Of a stretch of DNA of 32,380 nt, positions 16,107-24,408 are shown in pieces. Origin of the DNA: Rhodoferax sp. (GTDB lineage Bacteria; Pseudomonadota; Gammaproteobacteria; Burkholderiales; Burkholderiaceae_C); assembly GCA_031416395.1 (NCBI GenBank), contig JANOTO010000515.1, forward strand, positions 1 through 32,380, read 5' to 3'. The position numbers were made by a program, and so were the translations under genes. Under the pieces are notes generated by a model that was not told where the DNA came from, searched no databases, and worked only from the letters and a program-made list of their open reading frames with translations. The number at the start of each line of letters is the position of its first letter. Within the stretch, counting starts at the first letter, position 1.

Positions 16107-18680
16107 ATGAGCGATCTCAAAAAGCACTCCACCGACGAGTTGGAGCAAATCGTCAAAGAAGCCGACATTGGTGGGCGGGAACCCGCTGGCAAAGTGGGCT
16201 TGCTGCTGGCGATTGTTGCCGCAGCGTGGTCGGTGTTCCAGCTTTGGTACGCATCGCCACTGCCGTTCACCTTTCGCTGGGGCATTTTCAACGACACCGA
16301 GGCGCGCTCGATTCACCTGGCGTTTGCGACGTTTTTAGGCTTTATCGCCTACCCGGCGTTCAAGTCTTCTTCTCGCACCACGATGCCGTTGACGGACTGG
16401 CTGCTGGCGCTGGTCGGCGCGTTCTGCGCGGCCTATCTTTTTATCTTTTACAACGAGCTGTCAGCCCGTCCTGGCAAACCGACTCCGTTTGATATCTGGT
16501 GCGGCATCGTCGGCGTGGTCGTCATGCTGGAGGCCACGCGGCGCGCGATGGGCTTTGGCATGCTGGTGACCACCGGCGTGTTTCTGGCCTTTGTGTTTTT
16601 GGGGCCGTTCATGCCCGATGCCATCATGCACAAGGGTGCTTCGGTCAGCCGTTTTATCTCGCACATGTGGCTCACGTCTGAAGGGGTTTTTGGCGTGGCG
16701 CTGGGTGTGTCGGTGCAGTTCATCTTTCTGTTTGTGCTGTTTGGCACGCTCTTGGATATTGCGGGAGCAGGCAACTACATGATGCAGATGTCGCTGGCGA
16801 TGCTGGGGCACCTGCGCGGCGGGCCGGCCAAGGTGGCCGTGGTGTCGTCTGCGCTCAACGGCGTGGTGTCGGGCTCATCGGTGTCCAACGTCGTATCGGG
16901 TGGCATCTTCACCATTCCGATGATGAAGCGCACCGGTTACTCGGGCGTGAAGGCGGGTGCGATTGAAGCGGCATCGTCCGTCAACGGGCAAATCATGCCG
17001 CCGGTGATGGGTGCAGCGGCCTTTCTGATGGTGGAGTACGTCGGTATTCCCTACAGCGAGATCATCAAGCACGCCGCGCTGCCCGCCATCATCAGCTACA
17101 TCGCGCTGTTCTACATCGTGCATCTGGAGGCCCTCAAATACGACATGCAGCCGATCAAGCGCGACCGCATCCCGCCGTGGACAGAGCGGCTGATGGGTTG
17201 GGGGCTAGGCTGGGGCGGCACCGCAGCAGTGATTGGCACCATCTATTTCCTGATTCAAGGCGTGCGCGCACTGGCAGGCGAGCAGGCGGGTTGGGTGCTG
17301 GCGGGCATGTGCGTGGTGGCGTATGTTGCGCTGATGGCTTACTCGTCGCGCTACCCCGACGTGCCGATGGACGACCCGACGCAGGAGATCACCCACCTGC
17401 CCGACACCTGGCCCGTCGTGCGTGCGGGGCTTTACTTCTTCATTCCACTGATCATCTTGGTGTGGATGATGACGGTGGAGGAGTTATCGCCCGGTCTGTC
17501 GGCCTTTTGGGCGACGCTGTCGGCCATCGTGCTGGTGGTTTTTCAGCCCGCCATGAACGCCTGGATGCGAAAGGCGGGCACCGTTGCGGATGGTTTCAAA
17601 GTCGGCTTGGCCAACCTGTGGAAAGGCCTGGTGCTGGGTGGTCGCAACATGATCGGCATTGGCGTGGCCACCGCCAGCGCGGGCCTGATCGTAGGAGCCA
17701 TCACGCTGACGGGCATGGGCCTGATGATGACCGAGTTTGTCGAAGCGGTGTCCGGCGGCAATGTGTTGATCATGCTGATCCTGACCGCCTTCGTCTGCCT
17801 GCTGATTGGCGCTGGCGTGCCGACCACCGCCAACTACATTCTGGTCGCCACTTTGATGGCACCCGTGGTGGTGGAGCTGGGTGCGCGCAGCGGTTTGATC
17901 ATTCCGCTGATTGCGGTGCACCTGTTTGTGTTCTATTTCGGCATCATGGCGGATGTGACGCCGCCGGTGGGGCTGGCATCGTATGCGGCGGCGGCGATTT
18001 CGGGCGATGACCCGAATGCGACGGGCTGGCAAGCCACCTGGTACAGCTTTCGCACCTCGGTGCTGCCGTTTGTGTTTATCTTCAACCCGGCGCTGCTGTT
18101 CATCGGCGTCAGCAGTATTTGGGAGGTGGTGCTTGTGTGCGTGACGGGCACCATCGCGTCATTGCTATTCGCAGCGGCCAGCATGGGCTGGTTTCGAGTG
18201 CGATGTACCTGGCTTGAAATTGGTTTGCTGCTGGCGGCAACCTTCTTCTTTTTCAGGCCAGACTGGGTCATGGATCGATTTCACGTGAAGTACGTGTCCG
18301 CGCCCGCCGCCGATGTCTTCAAAGTGGCCGATAGCCTGCAAAAAGACGATTGGCTGATTGTGCGCACCAAGGGTGAAAACCTGGAAGGCGAGGTGATCAG
18401 CAAAACCCTGGCGATCCCCATGGGCGAGGGAAAAGACGGGCGCGAGCGCATCAAAAATGGCGGCGTGACGCTGGCGCAGCTCGGCGCCGATATCGAGATC
18501 GCGCAAGTGAAATTTGGCAGCCGCGCCAAGAAGCTCGGGGTGGATCAGGGCTACAAAATTCAGGACTTGCAACTGCCCAATCCGGCGCGGCCCTCCCAGT
18601 TTTGGGGCTTGTTTCCGGGCATCGCGCTGGCACTGTTGATCTGGTTTTTGCAGGGTCGACGGATGAAGCAAGGTGGCTAA
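16107..18680 (+). CDS. TAXI-type TRAP transporter fused permease (DctQ/DctM-like) with a C-terminal extension
   Basis: 857-aa polytopic ORF with an N-terminus typical of fused TRAP permeases (...AWSVFQLWYASPL...). The roughly 140-aa C-terminal hydrophilic domain and final TM helix resemble the DUF3394-type extension. That comparison is from memory. Confidence 0.9.
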   Translation: MSDLKKHSTDELEQIVKEADIGGREPAGKVGLLLAIVAAAWSVFQLWYASPLPFTFRWGIFNDTEARSIHLAFATFLGFIAYPAFKSSSRTTMPLTDWLLALVGAFCAAYLFIFYNELSARPGKPTPFDIWCGIVGVVVMLEATRRAMGFGMLVTTGVFLAFVFLGPFMPDAIMHKGASVSRFISHMWLTSEGVFGVALGVSVQFIFLFVLFGTLLDIAGAGNYMMQMSLAMLGHLRGGPAKVAVVSSALNGVVSGSSVSNVVSGGIFTIPMMKRTGYSGVKAGAIEAASSVNGQIMPPVMGAAAFLMVEYVGIPYSEIIKHAALPAIISYIALFYIVHLEALKYDMQPIKRDRIPPWTERLMGWGLGWGGTAAVIGTIYFLIQGVRALAGEQAGWVLAGMCVVAYVALMAYSSRYPDVPMDDPTQEITHLPDTWPVVRAGLYFFIPLIILVWMMTVEELSPGLSAFWATLSAIVLVVFQPAMNAWMRKAGTVADGFKVGLANLWKGLVLGGRNMIGIGVATASAGLIVGAITLTGMGLMMTEFVEAVSGGNVLIMLILTAFVCLLIGAGVPTTANYILVATLMAPVVVELGARSGLIIPLIAVHLFVFYFGIMADVTPPVGLASYAAAAISGDDPNATGWQATWYSFRTSVLPFVFIFNPALLFIGVSSIWEVVLVCVTGTIASLLFAAASMGWFRVRCTWLEIGLLLAATFFFFRPDWVMDRFHVKYVSAPAADVFKVADSLQKDDWLIVRTKGENLEGEVISKTLAIPMGEGKDGRERIKNGGVTLAQLGADIEIAQVKFGSRAKKLGVDQGYKIQDLQLPNPARPSQFWGLFPGIALALLIWFLQGRRMKQGG

Positions 18681-18806
18681 GGCGCATGAATGCTATTGTT
18701 ATAGTAGCTTGTTGTGCATATTATCGGAGAGCTAAAGGCCTATTTGATTGATAATATGTCTCTGAAAGGCATTTGCAGTCCGAAAAGTGCAATTTCGAGG
18801 CTATTT

Positions 18807-18824
18807 TTACTACAAATGTAGTAA
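18807..18824. repeat. second copy of the palindrome TTACTACA-AA-TGTAGTAA, in an AT-rich island upstream of the CPA2 gene
   Basis: The 18-nt core is identical to the reverse complement of 1338-1355. The flank TATTTTTACTACAAAT also matches 1215-1230 apart from one extra T. Confidence 0.5.
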
Positions 18825-18916
18825 GCGAGCATCGATTTCAGTCAAATCTGCATCGACCCACCCGGTTTCATCACGGGTCTGAAATATCTTGCTAGCATTC
18901 GCGCAGGACTCTTTCA

Positions 18917-20905
18917 ATGAATGCGCTCGAACTTACGCTCATGTACCTCTTCGCCGCTGTGCTGGGCGTGGTGGCCTGCCGCTCGCTGAAGCTACCACCG
19001 ATGCTGGGCTATTTGGCCGTGGGTGTCGTGATCGGCCCCAATGCGCTGGCGCTGGCCGAGAACTCTGCGGCGGTGCGCCATCTGGGGGAGTTTGGTGTGG
19101 TGTTCCTGATGTTCGTCATCGGGCTTGAATTCAACCTGCCCAAGCTGCGCGCGATGCGCCAACATGTGTTTGGACTCGGCCTGTTTCAGGTGGTGTCGAC
19201 CATCGTGTTGACCATGGCGGCCTCGCTCACGCTGGCGGCGCTCATTCCCAAACAGTGGGGCATGAGCTGGCAAACGGCGTTGGCGCTGTCCAGCGCGCTA
19301 TCGATGAGCAGCACAGCGATCCTGGTCAAGCTGATGTCCGAGCGGCTGGAGATGGAGTCTGAGCACGGCAAACGGGTGATGGGCGTTTTGCTGTTTCAGG
19401 ACTTGGCCGTGGTGCCGCTCTTGGTGCTGATTCCGGCGCTCGGCGCGTCGGGCGAAAACCTGCTGATGGCACTCGGGGTGGCGGCCGTTAAAGCGACGGT
19501 GCTGATCACCATTTTGCTGGTGGGCGGACAACGCGTCATGCGCTGGTGGCTCACCTTGGTTGCGCGGCGCAAAAGCGAAGAGTTATTTGTGCTGAACCTG
19601 CTTTTGGTGACGCTAGGGCTGGCCTGGCTGACCGAGCAGGCGGGCCTGAGCCTGGCCTTGGGCGCTTTCATTGCCGGCATGCTGATCTCTGAGACCCAAT
19701 ACAAGCACCAGGTGGAGACCGACATCCGCCCGTTTCATGATGTGCTGCTGGGCCTGTTTTTCATCTCCATCGGCATGCTGCTGGACTGGCGCCTGGTGCT
19801 GGATCGCTGGCCGATGGTGTTGCTGCTGCTGACCCTGCCGGTGCTGTTCAAGGCAGCTTTGGTGACGGCGCTGGCGCTCGGGTTCGGGGCAACGGCAGGC
19901 GTTTCACTGCGTACCGGGCTGTACCTGGCGCAAGCGGGTGAGTTTGGTTTTGTGCTGTTGACGCTGGCGCAGCAAAACCAGTTGGTGCCGCCTGAATTAC
20001 TCAACCCTATTTTGGCCAGCATGGTGCTCTCAATGCTCGCAACCCCGTTTATTTTGATGTACAGCAACCGCATCGTGATGAAGCTGGTCAGCAGCGAATG
20101 GCTGCAACAGTCGTTGCAAATGACAACGATTGCGCGCAAGTCGATCAATGCCAACAAGCACGTCATCATTTGCGGCTATGGCCGTTGTGGGCAGAACCTG
20201 GCGCGCATGCTGGAGGCGGAAAACATCCCGTACATGGCACTGGACCTCGACCCCGACCGCGTGCGCCAGGCCGCAGCGGCGGGGGATTCGGTGGTGTTTG
20301 GCGATGCCTCGCGCTTGCAGGCGCTGATGGCGGCGGGTTTGGCACGCGCCAGTGCCGTCGTGATCACCTACCTGGAGGTGCCCGGTGCCATGAAGGTGCT
20401 GGCCAACATCCGTAGCCATGCGCCGCAGGTTCCGGTGATAGTTCGCACGCAAGATGACCATGACCTGCAAGCGCTGCAAAGGGCCGGGGCCACCGAGGTG
20501 GTGCCCGAGGCCATCGAAGGCTCGTTGATGCTGGCCAGCCATGCGCTCGCGCTGGTCGGTGTGCCCATGCGCCGCGTGATCCGCATCGTGCAAGACCAGC
20601 GCGATGCGCGCTACAACTTACTCAAGGGCTTTTTTCATGGCGCGGATGATGACTCTGGCGACGAGATTCACCACGAGCGGCTGGCAACGACGACACTGCC
20701 CGCCGGGGCCAAGTCTGTCGGCCAATCGATTGGCCTATTTGCCTTGCATGCCCTGGGGGTTCGCGTCGTGAGCCTGCACCGCAGCAGCGGCAGGATATCC
20801 GCGCCAAAGGATGACTTGGTGTTGGAAGGCGGCGATACACTGGTGCTGTCGGGCAAGGCCGAGACCTTGGCCCTGGCCGAACAACGCTTGCTCAAAGGGG
20901 CTTGA
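18917..20905 (+). CDS. monovalent cation:proton antiporter-2 (CPA2, Kef/YbaL-type) with TrkA-N and TrkA-C domains
   Basis: 662-aa ORF. The N-terminal roughly 390 aa form a Na+/H+-exchanger-like membrane domain. This is followed by a Rossmann motif (VIICGYGRCGQ) and a C-terminal RCK/TrkA-C segment. Confidence 0.85.
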   Translation: MNALELTLMYLFAAVLGVVACRSLKLPPMLGYLAVGVVIGPNALALAENSAAVRHLGEFGVVFLMFVIGLEFNLPKLRAMRQHVFGLGLFQVVSTIVLTMAASLTLAALIPKQWGMSWQTALALSSALSMSSTAILVKLMSERLEMESEHGKRVMGVLLFQDLAVVPLLVLIPALGASGENLLMALGVAAVKATVLITILLVGGQRVMRWWLTLVARRKSEELFVLNLLLVTLGLAWLTEQAGLSLALGAFIAGMLISETQYKHQVETDIRPFHDVLLGLFFISIGMLLDWRLVLDRWPMVLLLLTLPVLFKAALVTALALGFGATAGVSLRTGLYLAQAGEFGFVLLTLAQQNQLVPPELLNPILASMVLSMLATPFILMYSNRIVMKLVSSEWLQQSLQMTTIARKSINANKHVIICGYGRCGQNLARMLEAENIPYMALDLDPDRVRQAAAAGDSVVFGDASRLQALMAAGLARASAVVITYLEVPGAMKVLANIRSHAPQVPVIVRTQDDHDLQALQRAGATEVVPEAIEGSLMLASHALALVGVPMRRVIRIVQDQRDARYNLLKGFFHGADDDSGDEIHHERLATTTLPAGAKSVGQSIGLFALHALGVRVVSLHRSSGRISAPKDDLVLEGGDTLVLSGKAETLALAEQRLLKGA

Positions 20906-20977
20906 GCGTAGCGTCCGCCCGCAATCCGTCTACCCCTCCACCACCATCCAGGTTGCTCTGTCGATACACCCCACCTT

Positions 20978-21532
20978 ATGCAAAATCTCACTGTCAGCCA
21001 GTACCTTCGCGACAACATCCGCACCGTGCCGGATTGGCCTGCTCCGGGCGTGCAGTTTCGCGATATCACGCCGCTGCTGCAAAACGCCAAGGTATTTCGG
21101 GTCTTGATTGATGCATTTGTGCACCGCTACATGGAGTCGTCGATGCGCCCCGATGTCGTGGCCGGGCTGGACGCGCGGGGCTTCATTCTCGGTGCTGTGG
21201 TGGCATACGAACTTAATGTCGGTTTTGTGCCGATTCGCAAGAAAGGCAAGTTACCCTTCACGACGGTAGAGGAAACCTACGAGCTGGAGTACGGCAGTGC
21301 GACGGTAGAACTGCATACAGACGCCGTCAAACCTGGCCAGCGCGTGCTGCTGATTGATGACTTGATCGCCACGGGCGGCACGATGATGGCGGGAAAGAAA
21401 TTACTGGAGAAGTTGGGTGCCAGCGTGATGGAGGGTGCCGCCATCGTGGATCTGCCCGAGTTGGGCGGGTCGCAAAAACTTCGTCAGAGCGGCTTGGAAC
21501 TCTTCACGCTGGTTGACTTTGCGGGGCATTGA
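20978..21532 (+). CDS. apt: adenine phosphoribosyltransferase
   Basis: 184-aa ORF with FRDITPLL and the PRPP-binding motif [13 protein letters not shown]. Confidence 0.92.
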   Translation: MQNLTVSQYLRDNIRTVPDWPAPGVQFRDITPLLQNAKVFRVLIDAFVHRYMESSMRPDVVAGLDARGFILGAVVAYELNVGFVPIRKKGKLPFTTVEETYELEYGSATVELHTDAVKPGQRVLLIDDLIATGGTMMAGKKLLEKLGASVMEGAAIVDLPELGGSQKLRQSGLELFTLVDFAGH

Positions 21533-21580
21533 ACAGCCAACGCCAGATACGCGCCGCCATACACGGGTCACCCGACAAAG

Positions 21581-22276
21581 TCAGTTCAATTCGCCGTACT
21601 GAGTGGCACCTAGCGGAACACGATCATCAGCGCCAAGTATCTCGGTGTTTTCGAACTGGGGTTGTGGGTTTGGGTTGCGCCGTTTTGATATAAGGATCTC
21701 GCCCGAAGCCGACAGGGGTGTCGCAACCGCAACCGCCGCAAATGCACTTTTAAAGGCCAACATTTCGGTGAGGTCGACCGCTTCTGGCTGACCCTGTGCA
21801 TTGGATGCCAATACGGGTAACGCTGCTTGGTGCGAAAGTTTTGCCGACAGGCCCGCGGTCACATGGTCACTCAACCGCCAATAAACAGCTGCGACCAGAA
21901 TCTCGTGGCGGCTTTTGGCGGTTTGGGCAATCAAGGACTCAATTTCGGCCATTCTTTGGGTGTCGATTGAGGCCTGGCTGGACAAATCCGTCATGATCAA
22001 ATAACTGCCGCCGCGCGAGTCCAGAGAAAGCACTTTGAACTTGTAGCTGGCCGACAAAACGCCCGCCCGCGTCATCGCGTCACGCACCACGCCATACAGC
22101 TGCTCGCGCCGCTCAACCCGCTCCGCCCGGCGATGATTCGGTGGTTCTGGGTTGGACGCATGCGCCCCGCCATCCGCGCCGGTGCTCAAACCGCTCGCAA
22201 GCCGGACAGGCTTTTGAGCGATGCTTGAGGCCGATTTACGCGACTCTTTTTTTGAGAACCAATTGAACAGCGACAT
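21581..22276 (-). CDS. hypothetical protein: disordered basic N-terminus plus an uncharacterised alpha/beta core
   Basis: 231-aa ORF and the only long ORF here. I recognise no motif. It lies 86 nt downstream of the cNMP-binding gene on the same strand. Confidence 0.55.
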   Translation of the reverse strand: MSLFNWFSKKESRKSASSIAQKPVRLASGLSTGADGGAHASNPEPPNHRRAERVERREQLYGVVRDAMTRAGVLSASYKFKVLSLDSRGGSYLIMTDLSSQASIDTQRMAEIESLIAQTAKSRHEILVAAVYWRLSDHVTAGLSAKLSHQAALPVLASNAQGQPEAVDLTEMLAFKSAFAAVAVATPLSASGEILISKRRNPNPQPQFENTEILGADDRVPLGATQYGELN

Positions 22277-22362
22277 AACGGTTACTTAAGCACAGCGACT
22301 GACAATAAAGGGAGACAGCGAGAGCGAATAGATTCGATCAGGGTGTAGAAATCAGGTCACGA

Positions 22363-22863
22363 TCAAGTCACGGAAACGCGTTTACGACGATCAACCATGC
22401 GTTTCGAGATTATCGCGCCTAACGCCAAGGACAGCGCCAAGGCCACGCGTGGCAGCTTTTGAGACATGTCGACAAAGCGCAGATACGTCAAATTCCACAG
22501 CTTGCAATTGCTCACCGCCTGCACCGTGGCATTGCGCGGCATTTGAGAGAAAAAACCCCCTTCTCCCACCGCGTTGCCGGCCTGGACAATGGCCAAATGA
22601 ACACGGCCTGCTTCGTCTTCGTAATGCACGCTAAGACTGCCTGACTCCAGAAAATACAGCGTTCTATCCAATGAGCCCTGCGCAATCAACATCTGGCTTT
22701 GCGCCAATGAGAACGGCTGCAAAAAGGGGGCCATCGCCTCCCATTGAAGTGGCGTAAGCGCCTTGCCAAGAGAGTCCTCCACCGTGTTGTGGGCAACTGC
22801 GTCAACCAAGCCTCTGACGTTGTGGGTCGGTGGCAGGTTGGGCTGCGAGAAAATTGCGTTCAT
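22363..22863 (-). CDS. standalone cyclic-nucleotide-binding (cNMP/CAP-effector) domain protein with no DNA-binding domain
   Basis: 166-aa ORF with the beta-roll pattern LIAQGSLDRTLYFLESGSLSV...GEGGFF...PRNATVQAVSNCKLW. The C-terminal 30 aa are a hydrophobic/basic tail rather than an HTH. Confidence 0.7.
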   Translation of the reverse strand: MNAIFSQPNLPPTHNVRGLVDAVAHNTVEDSLGKALTPLQWEAMAPFLQPFSLAQSQMLIAQGSLDRTLYFLESGSLSVHYEDEAGRVHLAIVQAGNAVGEGGFFSQMPRNATVQAVSNCKLWNLTYLRFVDMSQKLPRVALALSLALGAIISKRMVDRRKRVSVT

Positions 22864-22872
22864 AGTCTTCGT

Positions 22873-22901
22873 ACCATAACTGTATTTTGAACCGCTTGCA
22901 A
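22873..22901 (-). promoter_or_regulatory. candidate sigma-70 promoter TTGCAA-N17-TATGGT, ending 9 nt before the ATG (near-leaderless mRNA)
   Basis: Hexamers read on the minus strand. No Shine-Dalgarno lies between the -10 and the ATG at 22863. A 14/16 palindrome GTTTTCACGTAAAAAC (22908-22923) lies just upstream of the -35. Confidence 0.35.
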
Positions 22902-22967
22902 TCCGACGTTTTTACGTGAAAACTGATTCCATGAAATCTATCGCATTCCGACGGTAAAGGCTGCCCT

Positions 22968-24380
22968 CTATTTGCCGATGCAGAAGCTCGAGAAAATCAC
23001 GCCCAGAAGATCATCTGCTGTGAACTCGCCCAAAATTTCACTGAGTGCATTTTGTCCCAAACGAAGCTCTTCTGCCAGCAAGTCCAAGGCTTGGGTCGTT
23101 TGCCCCAAGTGTTGATTTGCCGCTGCCAAATGCAGCGCCACCTCGTCCAAGGCCTGAACATGGCGCGCGCGCGCGATGTAGGTGCCCTCAGCGCCCGGCT
23201 GCCAACCCGCGATGTGAAGCAGCTTGGCACGTAAGTCAGCGAGCCCAGCACCTGTTTTAGCTGACAAAAGCGAGGATTGGCCGTGAAGGTGCGGGTTTTC
23301 CTTTGCAATATCTGCTTTGTTCCAGACATCAATGATGGGAACCGTTGCAGCCAGCCGCGCCTGTAGTATTTCTCGAATCCGCTCGTCGGCGATAGCGTAA
23401 TCGGGCGCCTCAAACCGCGTCAGATCGTGAAGAAAAACAACCGCATCGGCTCCCCCAATCTCTTCCCACGCGCGCTGGACACCCAGCTTCTCGACAACAT
23501 CCTCGCTCTCACGCAGCCCCGCCGTGTCCACCACGTGCACCGGCACGCCGTTGATCTGGATGGTCTGCTGAATTTTGTCGCGCGTTGTTCCCGCAACCGG
23601 CGTCACGATGGCCAGCTCCGCGCCGGCCAGTGCATTCAAGAGCGACGACTTGCCGGCGTTAGGCTGCCCGGCGATCACCACCTTGATGCCGTCGCGCAGC
23701 AGGGCGCCTTGGCGCGTCCTGCGCATCACCCGCGCCAGCGCTTCATGCAATGCCAGGAGTTGCCCGTGCGCATCGGCTTTTTGCAGGAAGTCGATGTCCT
23801 CCTCCGGGAAATCGAGTGTCGCCTCCACCAGCATGCGCAGGCGTACGAGGGCAGTTTTGATGTCGCCGATTTCTCTGGAGAACTCTCCGACCAGTGAGCG
23901 GCTGGCACCGCGCGCAGCGGCCTCGGTGCTGGCATCGATCAGATCGGCAATCGCCTCGGCTTGCACCAGGTCGATCTTGCCGTTCAAAAACGCACGCTGG
24001 GTGAACTCACCGGGTGCCGCCAGCCGAATCCCGGGCAGGGTGGGCAATTCCGTTTGCGGGTTTGTCGCTTGGCCCGCCTCCAAAACGCGGTCCAGCAGCA
24101 ATTGCAAGACCACCGATCCACCGTGAATCTGAAGCTCCAGCACATCTTCGCCGGTATAGGAGTTAGGTGCCGGGAAGTGCAGGGCGAGCCCCTTGTCGAT
24201 AAGGCCCCCATCGCTCGCCCGCAGGGGAAGATAGGTGGCGACGCGGGGCTCCAACGCCCGGCCACACAGCGCGTGAACCAGAGCCACAACCGTCGGCCCC
24301 GAAACCCGAACAATCCCGACGGCACCCCGGCCAGGTGCCGTTGCAATCGCGACGATGGGGTCTTGTTGGCGAGAAAGCAC
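22968..24380 (-). CDS. mnmE: tRNA modification GTPase MnmE (TrmE)
   Basis: 470-aa ORF with the N-terminus [23 protein letters not shown]-domain motifs [12 protein letters not shown] and DTAGLR, and the C-terminal FCIGK. Confidence 0.95.
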   Translation of the reverse strand: MLSRQQDPIVAIATAPGRGAVGIVRVSGPTVVALVHALCGRALEPRVATYLPLRASDGGLIDKGLALHFPAPNSYTGEDVLELQIHGGSVVLQLLLDRVLEAGQATNPQTELPTLPGIRLAAPGEFTQRAFLNGKIDLVQAEAIADLIDASTEAAARGASRSLVGEFSREIGDIKTALVRLRMLVEATLDFPEEDIDFLQKADAHGQLLALHEALARVMRRTRQGALLRDGIKVVIAGQPNAGKSSLLNALAGAELAIVTPVAGTTRDKIQQTIQINGVPVHVVDTAGLRESEDVVEKLGVQRAWEEIGGADAVVFLHDLTRFEAPDYAIADERIREILQARLAATVPIIDVWNKADIAKENPHLHGQSSLLSAKTGAGLADLRAKLLHIAGWQPGAEGTYIARARHVQALDEVALHLAAANQHLGQTTQALDLLAEELRLGQNALSEILGEFTADDLLGVIFSSFCIGK

Positions 24381-24408
24381 GGCTGATTACCGGGCGCTCT
24401 AGCCCGGT

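Noticed and set aside
18686-18751. 21-aa hydrophobic mini-ORF (MNAIVIVACCAYYRRAKGLFD) directly after the TRAP permease stop
   Set aside because: The spacing to any Shine-Dalgarno is poor, there is no evidence of conservation, and short ORFs are expected by chance in AT-rich DNA. It would only merit attention if ribosome profiling or conservation supported it.
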